Shown here: positions 8,379 to 15,717 of the stretch, piece by piece
How positions within the stretch are numbered: the stretch's first letter is position 1
Layout of the letters: each line of letters starts with the position of its first letter
IMG/VR virus record: IMGVR_UViG_3300020557_000008
Span: 1 to 64,000 of that record
Reading direction: 5' to 3' (one strand)
Length of the DNA: 64,000 bases
Source of the DNA: an uncultured virus (IMG/VR IMGVR_UViG_3300020557_000008)
Taxonomy: Duplodnaviria > Heunggongvirae > Uroviricota > Caudoviricetes
Notes under the pieces: generated by a model
What the model was told of the DNA's origin: nothing
Seen by the model: the letters and a program-made list of their open reading frames with translations, nothing else
Database searches by the model: none
Position numbers and translations under genes: made by a program

Positions 8379-8562
8379 ACTCTCATTATACGACCTGTTA
8401 GACAAATTAGCAACTCTTTTAGTGAACTTTCTGAGTGGCCGGCTGACCACGGAGAGTGACCTCGGCCCCTGTGGCTTATTTGCATGGCTTGCAAATAAGC
8501 AACTGTTGTGATTTGCCCCTGGGATGGGCGGGCAGGAAAGGATTGCCTGCCCACCCTCCGCG

Positions 8563-8781
8563 TCAGGAGTTTGCCTCCATTTCGCAGAATCGTTCCCATA
8601 GGTCTTCTTCGGTGTTGTAGCGGTCGCCCAAGTCATCGACGCCAATCGGTCTGCCCGTGGCACCGCACCATTCGTAGAAGCGGTCTACCTTTTTCTTCCA
8701 GTTAGCGTAAGTGCTAACAAGTTGAGGGTCGCCCATCCAGACAAATCCCCGGTACGGACGGCTCACTATTTTGCTATTCAT
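8563..8781 (-). CDS. Hypothetical protein
   Basis: GAAAGGA RBS, promoter. Confidence 0.7.
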   Translation of the reverse strand: MNSKIVSRPYRGFVWMGDPQLVSTYANWKKKVDRFYEWCGATGRPIGVDDLGDRYNTEEDLWERFCEMEANS

Positions 8782-8911
8782 TGTGTTTTCCTTTCTTGTG
8801 TTGTTACTTCTATTGTATCACACTTATTGTCAGTTTGCAACTCCGGTTGGAGATTCTGCCCCTGCGCTCGGGCGAGCCGTGGGCTGGTGGTTTCCCACCA
8901 GCCCGACAGAC

Positions 8912-9358
8912 TCAGCCGAAGATTGCTCCTACTGCGTCAGCGAGTGCGCCTTGCGCCTTGCCTTCGTCAATAGTCAGTTCGTCGTTGCCTGCCATTGAGA
9001 GTGCGCTGGCGATAGAACCGTCACGGCTCACCACGACCAGCAACTCAACACGCCGACGCTCAGGGTGCTGAGACGGGGGGGTGTTGTCACCGTCTGCGAC
9101 GGGCGAAGCCCAGCCAGCAGTAATAACGCCGTAGTAGTTTGCTGACTTGTCTGGGGTGACATTGTCCAGCAGGTCGTAGACATCTCCACCACACTGCTCC
9201 ATGTCCTTTATCCAGATTGGGTGTCCGTCATGGAACGCCACGGGTGCTACCCGAGCCTTTGACGGGGTATTGGTTGGGTTGGTGTTGAGACAGTCCACGC
9301 CGAGCAGTGCGACGATTTCCGCCACGCTCAGGTCTGTCGTATTCGTGAGTGTATTCAT
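8912..9358 (-). CDS. Hypothetical protein
   Basis: GGAAAGG RBS; TTGACA-17-TACAAT promoter. Confidence 0.75.
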   Translation of the reverse strand: MNTLTNTTDLSVAEIVALLGVDCLNTNPTNTPSKARVAPVAFHDGHPIWIKDMEQCGGDVYDLLDNVTPDKSANYYGVITAGWASPVADGDNTPPSQHPERRRVELLVVVSRDGSIASALSMAGNDELTIDEGKAQGALADAVGAIFG

Positions 9359-9452
9359 TGTGTTGCCTTTCCTTGTTTTGTTGTGGGCGGGATTGCCCAC
9401 TACTTAGATTGTACCACCGTGTTAGACATTTGTCAACTCGGCCAGCGAGAAT

Positions 9453-9678
9453 CCACTACGAAGCCACCGACAGCAAGCGTCCTTGCCCATTCCGTTGCGA
9501 CTCATCGGGTAGCAAGCCCGATTGCCGCCAATAGCAGGGACTAGCAGGGACGGCTACATCGCAGGAGAGGAACTGAGTGTGTGCCGCGGCACTTCTCTCG
9601 TACATCGCTGGTGATACAACGTGTGTCTGGTAATGCTATTCGTATGTTGTCAGTAACTTCGTAGTGGTTTCCCACTAC
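9453..9678 (-). ncRNA. Candidate structured ncRNA (~225 nt)
   Basis: Promoter 9683-9711; no RBS; 23-nt arms 9645-9667 and 9453-9475 pair with G-U wobbles on the minus strand. Confidence 0.7.
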
Positions 9679-9730
9679 TAATACTGTATCACATTCTAGT
9701 CGCTCTCGCAACCTTATTCTGAATTATTTT

Positions 9731-9786
9731 TGTGGGGTGGTGCCGACTACGACACTCTTACTCGGGTATCATTGCGAACCCCACAC
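9731..9786 (-). ncRNA. Candidate ~56-nt small RNA
   Basis: Promoter 9791-9819 (TTGGAA-17-TACAAT); 8-bp closing stem; internal hairpin GUGUCG-UAGU-CGGCAC. Confidence 0.5.
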
Positions 9787-9879
9787 TTAGATTGTACCAC
9801 ATCAGGGGCATGATTCCAACCTTGTGCAAAGATTCTTTTGCTGGTGCCGGGCCCGGCAACAAACTCTGCCCCTGCCCCG

Positions 9880-9938
9880 AAAAAATGGTGTTCCTTCATG
9901 TTCGGATTTATTCTGTTGTGCTGGCGTTTCCCTTGGGG
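9880..9938 (+). repeat. Dispersed ~57-bp element, copy 4
   Basis: AAAAAATGGTGTTCC...GGATTTATT...GCGTTTCCCTTGGGG. Confidence 0.9.
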
Positions 9939-10036
9939 CCGGGTTCTGCCCCTGCGCGCGCCGGTGCGCTCGCGGCCCGAACACCTGTTCGCCGAACGCG
10001 TGTTCGGGTGGGGCTTTCGCCCCACCCTTTACGCGG

Positions 10037-11080
10037 TCAGACTCCGAGGAGTTGGAGAACCTTTCGGTCACTCTGCTCGGTCTTGCCCATGAGCGCGTTC
10101 ATCATGTTGCGTTCTGCTCGGTTGTCCGAGTTTCCAACGACATGGTGGTTGTAAGTGTTGAACGCTTGAAGAACTCCAAGTGCTGAACCCTTCCACGGTG
10201 CGACGCGCACATCGTAGTTGTAAAGACTGACAATTTCTTCGCGCTTGTTCTCTGCGCGAGTCACTGCCGCTTTATTCTTATCGTCTGGCATGAGCGTCGG
10301 AATCGGCGCGAGTGCTTCAAGCACTTTCTGCCATTCTGCGTCGCTCACTTTGTGCTCGGACAGTTTCGTAATCTCTGCCATGATGTTGTCGGTCATCTTG
10401 TGAACGATGCCGAGCGCATCACGCGCTGACTGAATCCGCATTGCCGAGTTCTTGCTGTGGCGAGTCTTGAATTGACTCGTGTTCTCTTTCATCGCCATTG
10501 CGTGAGTGTTGTCGCACACTACGAAAGTGGAGACACTCTTGTAGGTGGTTGCCAACATTCCGTTGTGCGATGTCGTGGCGAGCAAGTGAGGACGGACGCT
10601 GAATCCTTCCAACACTTCTACCGACTCTGGCATTTCCAAAGAGACGAACGCGACTGCGCCGTTCTTCAAGATGCCTGCCGAGCCAAAGTTGATGTCATCA
10701 TCAACGATGTTCGCCAAGTTCTGAACGAGCCATTCTGGATACTGGTGCGAGCAGTAATCTTTGCCGAAGATTTCCATCAGGTCGTTAGTGTCTGAGCGCA
10801 AGATTGCCTGACGCTCTACCTCTACGAACTTGATTGGGTTTCCGTTATCGTCCACGCCTGTGGCATCGTCAAGCGTTGCTGGAACGCGAACGAACACTGG
10901 CGCGCTGACTGCCGACCACGCGAAGAGCCGACGCAAGATGTCATCGGTCGGAATTGCGCCTTCGTAGTGGTTGGGCTCGGTGCCTTGTAGGTCGGCGCGG
11001 TAGTGCCACGCGTTGCCACGCTCGGCGGTGAACCCGACGAGGATGTTGGAGTTGAGCCACTCCATGGTTTCTTTGGACAT
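10037..11080 (-). CDS. DUF932 (phage/plasmid-like TIGR03299) protein
   Basis: AWH N-terminus, AILRSDT, SAG.LKNG, TSHNG, VVCDNT, RHSKN motifs. Confidence 0.8.
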   Translation of the reverse strand: MSKETMEWLNSNILVGFTAERGNAWHYRADLQGTEPNHYEGAIPTDDILRRLFAWSAVSAPVFVRVPATLDDATGVDDNGNPIKFVEVERQAILRSDTNDLMEIFGKDYCSHQYPEWLVQNLANIVDDDINFGSAGILKNGAVAFVSLEMPESVEVLEGFSVRPHLLATTSHNGMLATTYKSVSTFVVCDNTHAMAMKENTSQFKTRHSKNSAMRIQSARDALGIVHKMTDNIMAEITKLSEHKVSDAEWQKVLEALAPIPTLMPDDKNKAAVTRAENKREEIVSLYNYDVRVAPWKGSALGVLQAFNTYNHHVVGNSDNRAERNMMNALMGKTEQSDRKVLQLLGV

Positions 11081-11247
11081 TGTGTATTACCTTTCTGTGT
11101 TTGGTTGTTTGGGTTGGTATTGCTATTACTAAGTGTATCACATTGCTGTTGCTCTCGCAACCTTATCGGAAACTATTTTTGTAGTTCCCGCTACTGATAC
11201 CACTGTATCGGCGAAACAATCAAAGCACAACCTATTTACAGAATTAT

Positions 11248-11268
11248 TTATCCACAGCCTGTGGATAA
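11248..11268. promoter_or_regulatory. Inverted pair of perfect DnaA boxes
   Basis: TTATCCACA-GCC-TGTGGATAA. Confidence 0.75.
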
Positions 11269-11327
11269 CTTTCGGCCCGGGCCCCCGTTGTTTATATACA
11301 AAGCGTTATGGGTTTTGCCCCTGCGCG

Positions 11328-11384
11328 AAAATATGGTGTTCCATGAATATTGGTTTTATTTGGGCAGCGGCCGTTCCCTTGGGG
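11328..11384 (+). repeat. Dispersed ~57-bp element, copy 5
   Basis: AAAATATGGTGTTCC...GGTTTTATT...GCCGTTCCCTTGGGG. Confidence 0.9.
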
Positions 11385-11391
11385 CCAGGGG

Positions 11392-11478
11392 GCCCGCCCA
11401 GGACAGAAAGGGAATAAGAACCTGGGCGGGCGCCACACCCGACGACTGGGACACAAGGAAGGAAAGACCCAGCCGCGT
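11392..11478 (-). ncRNA. Candidate two-hairpin antisense sRNA with anti-RBS loops
   Basis: Promoter TTGACA-16-CATACT (11484-11511); loops UCUUUCCUUCCUUGUGU and UUCUUAUUCCCUUUCUGU; no ORF. Confidence 0.7.
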
Positions 11479-11518
11479 TGTCAAGTATGACAGTTATTTT
11501 ATTTATGTCAAGCAGCCG

Positions 11519-12022
11519 CTACTCGCCACCCTCAAAGTTGAGGATTGCTTTGATGAGTTTCTCTGCTTCTTCTGGTGTGAACTCATCTGGCTGTTTGATA
11601 GCCGCGCGAGTCTGTTCGTGCTGAATGAAACTATCCACGTCCCACAGAATGTCTGCGGTACGGCGGAAGAGTTCTACGTCAACGCGACCCAACTTCTGGA
11701 CGTACGAGACGTGTTCAGCCGGAGTTCCACTGATTCCTATTTCGTGGACTTTAATCCAGCCCGTAGGAGTGAGGTATTCCAGCCGCGCGTATGACTGGTC
11801 GTCGTACGCGTTGCGGGCGATGTAGACACGCCGCGCGTTCGTATTCGTCTTGCGCATCACTTCTGTGAAGTGCCACGTTTGATGGTGGTTCCACAGACTG
11901 ATGAGTCTGTTGTCTTCTACGTACGTGACGCCACTATCTGTCGCATCGGACAGATAGACAACGTCTTCGTACTTGGTTCCGCGTTTTTCGGTGTATCCGT
12001 TTGTTTCGGTGTAGTTGTTCAT
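11519..12022 (-). CDS. Hypothetical protein
   Basis: ORF coupled (ATGA) to the upstream gene. Confidence 0.7.
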   Translation of the reverse strand: MNNYTETNGYTEKRGTKYEDVVYLSDATDSGVTYVEDNRLISLWNHHQTWHFTEVMRKTNTNARRVYIARNAYDDQSYARLEYLTPTGWIKVHEIGISGTPAEHVSYVQKLGRVDVELFRRTADILWDVDSFIQHEQTRAAIKQPDEFTPEEAEKLIKAILNFEGGE

Positions 12023-12489
12023 GACCATACCCTCTTTACGCACGTAAGGACATTGAGTGTGACTCCGTCAAACAGCCAGCGCCACTCAGCACCGTCTTCG
12101 CCGCGCCAGTCAACAACACTGTCTTTCTCAACGTATTTTGCGATTGCTGAGAAGAAGTGGTCTTCTGAACCCGTCTTGTTGTCGTAGTAAATAGCGAACA
12201 GGTCACCATCGTCGTTGTACTCGGCTTCAAATCCAAGAGCGTCAATGATTTCCTGAAAGGTCTTGTATTTATTTGGGTAATCCGCTGGCATCCACGCGAA
12301 CCACTTGGCAGGATGATGGTCCATGCCTTCTGGTCGTGGGCTGCGAGCATCAACTCCGTCGCCGCCGTACGAGCCGCCAGACTTCAAGTCGTCGCGGTCG
12401 TTGAGAGCGCACATTGCCTCGTAACACTTGACAAAGTGCTCTTTCTTGATTGTTATGTCATTGTTGGTTGTTTGAACAAAGTATCCCAT
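12019..12489 (-). CDS. Conserved-looking phage hypothetical protein (...WRGEDGAEWRW)
   Basis: ORF, RBS, leader hairpin, promoter. Confidence 0.75.
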   Translation of the reverse strand: MGYFVQTTNNDITIKKEHFVKCYEAMCALNDRDDLKSGGSYGGDGVDARSPRPEGMDHHPAKWFAWMPADYPNKYKTFQEIIDALGFEAEYNDDGDLFAIYYDNKTGSEDHFFSAIAKYVEKDSVVDWRGEDGAEWRWLFDGVTLNVLTCVKRVWS

Positions 12490-12543
12490 TGTTTTCTCTT
12501 TCTATTGAGTTGGTGAGGCGGTTGCCTCATTACTTACATTGTA

Positions 12544-12714
12544 TCACGTTGTTGGTTGGTTTGCAACTTCTGCTTCAAGGTGTAGGCGAATATCCAGCAG
12601 CAGGTCTGTCATCTCCGAGGAGGAGACAAGGTCTCTGCCGGAGATTTCCGACAGAGCCTCATCCACGAGTTTTCTTGCTGCTTCGTATTTGTCGCCAGTC
12701 ATAGGCTCAGACAT
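12544..12714 (-). CDS. Small hypothetical protein (MSEPMTGDKY...)
   Basis: Read manually; TAATG overlap with the upstream stop. Confidence 0.65.
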   Translation of the reverse strand: MSEPMTGDKYEAARKLVDEALSEISGRDLVSSSEMTDLLLDIRLHLEAEVANQPTT

Positions 12715-12932
12715 TAGTGCTTCCCGATGTCTAGAAAACCTGTTTCGTTGCCTTCTGGGTCAGACATTACGAGAGCGTCGGTCCCATCAGTGAACTCCAA
12801 AATGCATGTTGGTGTTTTTGAATAAAGCCAACCTGTTTCTTTGTTCTCTTCGTCCGTCAGTTCACGAACGTTCTTGATGGTCTTGCCGACAAGCGACTCA
12901 GCGTAATGAGTTTTGTTTATTACTGTGCTCAT
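12714..12932 (-). CDS. Hypothetical protein (...MSDPEGNETGFL)
   Basis: ATGA-coupled ORF. Confidence 0.7.
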   Translation of the reverse strand: MSTVINKTHYAESLVGKTIKNVRELTDEENKETGWLYSKTPTCILEFTDGTDALVMSDPEGNETGFLDIGKH

Positions 12933-13162
12933 ACCTTGATGCCTGTCACGAGTTCTTCTGGACGCGTATCAAGCGCGTAGCAGATACGGAAAAACGTATC
13001 CAGCGACGGAGAGAAGTGTCCATTCTCGATTCTGTTGATGGTCTTGCGGTCAATGCCTGCGCTCTTAGCCAAATCGCCCTGAGAGAGACCGATGGTCTCG
13101 CGCAGGCTCTTTACTCGGCTTGCAACTTCAAGCAGTGCCTTTTTGTTCATTGCGTTGTTCAT
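12929..13162 (-). CDS. XRE-family helix-turn-helix regulator
   Basis: LRETIGLSQGDLAKSAGIDRKTINRIENGHFSPSL. Confidence 0.9.
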   Translation of the reverse strand: MNNAMNKKALLEVASRVKSLRETIGLSQGDLAKSAGIDRKTINRIENGHFSPSLDTFFRICYALDTRPEELVTGIKV

Positions 13163-13300
13163 TGTTTGTCTTTCTTTCTGTGGGTGTTGTGCCACACTTA
13201 CATTGTACCATGACCGAGTCAGGCTTGCAACCTTCCCGAAAAAATATGTTCGCGGATATTGTTGTTGTCTGACCCGGCCAAGGATTTTGCCTCTGGCCCG

Positions 13301-13355
13301 GAAATATGGTGTTCCAGAGAAATCGGATTTATTTTCGTAGCGCCGTTCCCTTGGG
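13301..13355 (+). repeat. Dispersed ~57-bp element, copy 6
   Basis: GAAATATGGTGTTCC...GGATTTATT...GCCGTTCCCTTGGG. Confidence 0.9.
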
Positions 13356-13384
13356 CTGGTTGTACAGCCGCAAGGGACAGGTGC

Positions 13385-13555
13385 CTAGCCGCGCTTCTTG
13401 AGGTAAGCCTCAATAGCGGACTTGATGACTGCGGACTTGCTGACCTTGTCCTCTTTGGAAACGGTCGCGATTTTGCGAGCCATGTCCTCGGAAAGACGGA
13501 AGGCGATAAGTGGGTACTTAGCCTTTGGGGTAGTTGCTGTCTTGGTCTTGCTCAT
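13385..13555 (-). CDS. Ribbon-helix-helix (CopG/Arc-like) DNA-binding protein
   Basis: IAFRLSEDMARKI...SKSAVIKSAIEAYL. Confidence 0.8.
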   Translation of the reverse strand: MSKTKTATTPKAKYPLIAFRLSEDMARKIATVSKEDKVSKSAVIKSAIEAYLKKRG

Positions 13556-13660
13556 TGCTTTCTTCTTTCTATGTGTGTTGGTATTACATCTCAATTATAC
13601 ATTGTGTCTAACGCATCTACAACCTCTGTGCGCGAGTTCACTCGCGCTTTGGGGTTAAGT

Positions 13661-13905
13661 GACGGTTATATGACGGTTAAGGGACGGTTAGATAGAAATG
13701 GTACAGGCTCAAACCCTTACTGGGTAAGGGTTTCCGGGCTTTTGTACCATATTTGCGGGTGACAATCTGTCACCTTGGGGGTGACAACCTGTCACCCCGG
13801 GGGTGACAACCTGTCACCCCCTAGTGACAATCTGTCACTACTTGTGGCGGCCGTCACATACTACATGTAGTGGGGTGACAACCTGTCACCCCCTACATCT
13901 AGAGA
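13661..13905. repeat. Iteron-like array, candidate replication origin
   Basis: GACGGTTA x3 at 11-bp period (13661, 13672, 13683); palindrome AAACCCTTAC-TGG-GTAAGGGTTT (13711-13733); GTGACAA(T/C)CTGTCAC x5 (13759, 13781, 13803, 13824, 13875). Confidence 0.75.
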
Positions 13906-13907
13906 GG

Positions 13908-14588
13908 CTAGACGCCAAGAAGTTCGGCTACTGCCTCGCTTCTCTTCTCTCTGTAGACATCCGAATACTCGGTTCGCCAGTCGCTCTGCTGGTCCAAGGC
14001 TTCGTCTATGTCATCTTTGTCAAAGAGTTTCGCAAGTTTCTTTGGCATCTGTGGCTCTTCGCCCTCTTCGTATGTCATCTCGCCGTTACGGAATACGGAA
14101 CAGCCGACAAAGGCGTCTCCTTCTTCCGTGTAAACAAGTGAGAACACGAGCGTTGGGAACTGCTTGGAAATCTGTCTGATGAGACCTTCGGCAGGCGACC
14201 ACGCACTCTCAAAGTATGCGCCGATGTATTTGGCATCATCGTTTACTTTGTCGTTCTTGGTGACAAACGAGGTCCAGTCAAATTGGCAAGCACCCCACTT
14301 GGTTCCCCAATTGGCGTTACACCACGAGTACCAGTCTCTGTGACCGTACTTCTTGATGTTCTCTTGCTGTTTGTCTTCTAGTTGCTTCTGCTCTTGCTCG
14401 TCACTGAACCAGCCAGATGTCGTGTTGGTGAGTTCTTCTGGGCAAGGGAAGAGGTGGTTGAGACCGGTAGTTTCTTTGGTCTCGCCAGTCTCTTCGTCTT
14501 TGTGGGTTGTCTTGGTGGCGTCAACGAGCCTTCGCAGTTCGCTGACCTCACCGTGTACTTCTAATTCGTTATAGCACCAGTTTGGCAT
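13908..14588 (-). CDS. DUF1281/YubB-like ferredoxin-fold protein
   Basis: MPNWCYNEL...WYSWCNANWGTKW...FESAWSP. Confidence 0.8.
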   Translation of the reverse strand: MPNWCYNELEVHGEVSELRRLVDATKTTHKDEETGETKETTGLNHLFPCPEELTNTTSGWFSDEQEQKQLEDKQQENIKKYGHRDWYSWCNANWGTKWGACQFDWTSFVTKNDKVNDDAKYIGAYFESAWSPAEGLIRQISKQFPTLVFSLVYTEEGDAFVGCSVFRNGEMTYEEGEEPQMPKKLAKLFDKDDIDEALDQQSDWRTEYSDVYREKRSEAVAELLGV

Positions 14589-14645
14589 TTCTTATTCCCT
14601 TTCATTGAGTTGGTTATTGCTTACACTTACATTGTAGCACAATAA

Positions 14646-14876
14646 TCAGCCATCTCCAACCTCTCCACGACAGTATTCCCGAGGAGAAGGCATTTCTTCG
14701 ACAGTTCCGTTCATTTGTGCGTTTGTATATTGCTCTGAGTAGGCACCGCGGTCTGCGTCGGACATCACATTGTCCCACGCATTCCAGTCGGCGTCATCCC
14801 AGTTTTGTGTCTCGATGCGTACCGGCGGGGCAAGAAACCACGTCCCACTTTCAGCATCACAGTAGACAATGCTCAT
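14646..14876 (-). CDS. Hypothetical protein
   Basis: GAAAGGA RBS. Confidence 0.7.
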   Translation of the reverse strand: MSIVYCDAESGTWFLAPPVRIETQNWDDADWNAWDNVMSDADRGAYSEQYTNAQMNGTVEEMPSPREYCRGEVGDG

Positions 14877-14961
14877 TGTTTGTTCCTTTCGTTTATTTTG
14901 ATGTCAATCGCTATTACTGCCGCCACTAAAGCAAACAACATGGCCACCACGATGATGTCAA

Positions 14962-15234
14962 TCATTCGTGACCCCACGATGCTTCGCCGTGTTTTGTTTT
15001 GTTGTAGCACTCAGTGTGGTAGTTGCCGTAGTTGTAGATGTTTCCTTTTACGGACTCAACACGAACTTCGGTGTCTAGGTAAATCTGTTTTCCACACTCG
15101 TCGCACTCAAAGCCTGAGCACTCAGCGCAACCCCAGCCGTCATCGACTGGAATACGGTTCACGAACAGGCCGTTGCCGCTACCAAACGCCGTTGAGCGTT
15201 GGCAGTAGACACATGGGTCAATAGTCGTTATCAC
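14962..15234 (-). CDS. Cys-rich (CxxC x3) hypothetical protein
   Basis: GTGA-coupled ORF. Confidence 0.7.
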   Translation of the reverse strand: MITTIDPCVYCQRSTAFGSGNGLFVNRIPVDDGWGCAECSGFECDECGKQIYLDTEVRVESVKGNIYNYGNYHTECYNKTKHGEASWGHE

Positions 15235-15482
15235 AGCATCCCCAATTCCTTGAGGTCGTTGTTTACTTGCTCTTGAACCCAGACGCGGTTGGCTTCAGAC
15301 GCCGCGTAATAGGCGACTGCCTGCTTGGTTTGGGTCTGCTTGAGTTGCTCGCCGTAGCCAGCCTTCTCAAGCAGTCCCCAAACTTCGTCTAAGCACTCGC
15401 CGTCATTCGCCTCGTCTCCGTGGCGCGTAAGGGCTGTGATGATGTCGTTGATAAGGGTTGGGTAATCGGTTGTGTTGGTCAT
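15231..15482 (-). CDS. Hypothetical protein, leaderless
   Basis: TACACT just upstream of ATG. Confidence 0.7.
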   Translation of the reverse strand: MTNTTDYPTLINDIITALTRHGDEANDGECLDEVWGLLEKAGYGEQLKQTQTKQAVAYYAASEANRVWVQEQVNNDLKELGML

Positions 15483-15519
15483 ACTTAGAGTGTATCACAC
15501 CATTTGCCGTTTGACAACC

Positions 15520-15717
15520 TTATTCGGCATCAAGTGGCTGAATATTCCACTTGGTACACCAGTGGTCGTAGCAACCATCGCACAGATAAGTGTTGTCCTG
15601 GTAAATACGCTTAGTGTTGTTCTCGCCGGAGCCAACCGGTGCCAAGTTCCAGTCGTCAATCATGACAACATCGCACTCGGAACAGATTCGCTGTTTTGTT
15701 TTTGTCATCTCAATCAC
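15520..15717 (-). CDS. Zn-finger-like hypothetical protein
   Basis: CSEC...CDGC; GTGA overlap. Confidence 0.65.
   Translation of the reverse strand: MIEMTKTKQRICSECDVVMIDDWNLAPVGSGENNTKRIYQDNTYLCDGCYDHWCTKWNIQPLDAE

Noticed and set aside
8379..8663. N-terminal extension of ORF 7980-8663
   Set aside because: Crosses a promoter, palindromes and another gene; the leaderless start at 8378 is better supported.
120..9428. TGTCTAACA as the PafBC/RecA-NDp promoter motif
   Set aside because: Distance to the -10 varies (10-12 nt after TGTC) and normal -35 hexamers are mostly present.
9453..9678. Long ncRNA as retron msr-msd or hammerhead ribozyme
   Set aside because: No reverse transcriptase in the window; the CUGAUGA...GAAA core is not intact (CCGAUGA, no matching GAAA).
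9731..9786. tRNA gene
   Set aside because: Too short; no TTC T-loop consensus in position and no anticodon arm. No convincing tRNA seen anywhere in the window.
13759..13889. Mini-CRISPR, or coding ORF 13803-14141
   Set aside because: Spacers are only 6-7 bp; the plus-strand ORF merely translates the repeats and is antisense to a real gene.
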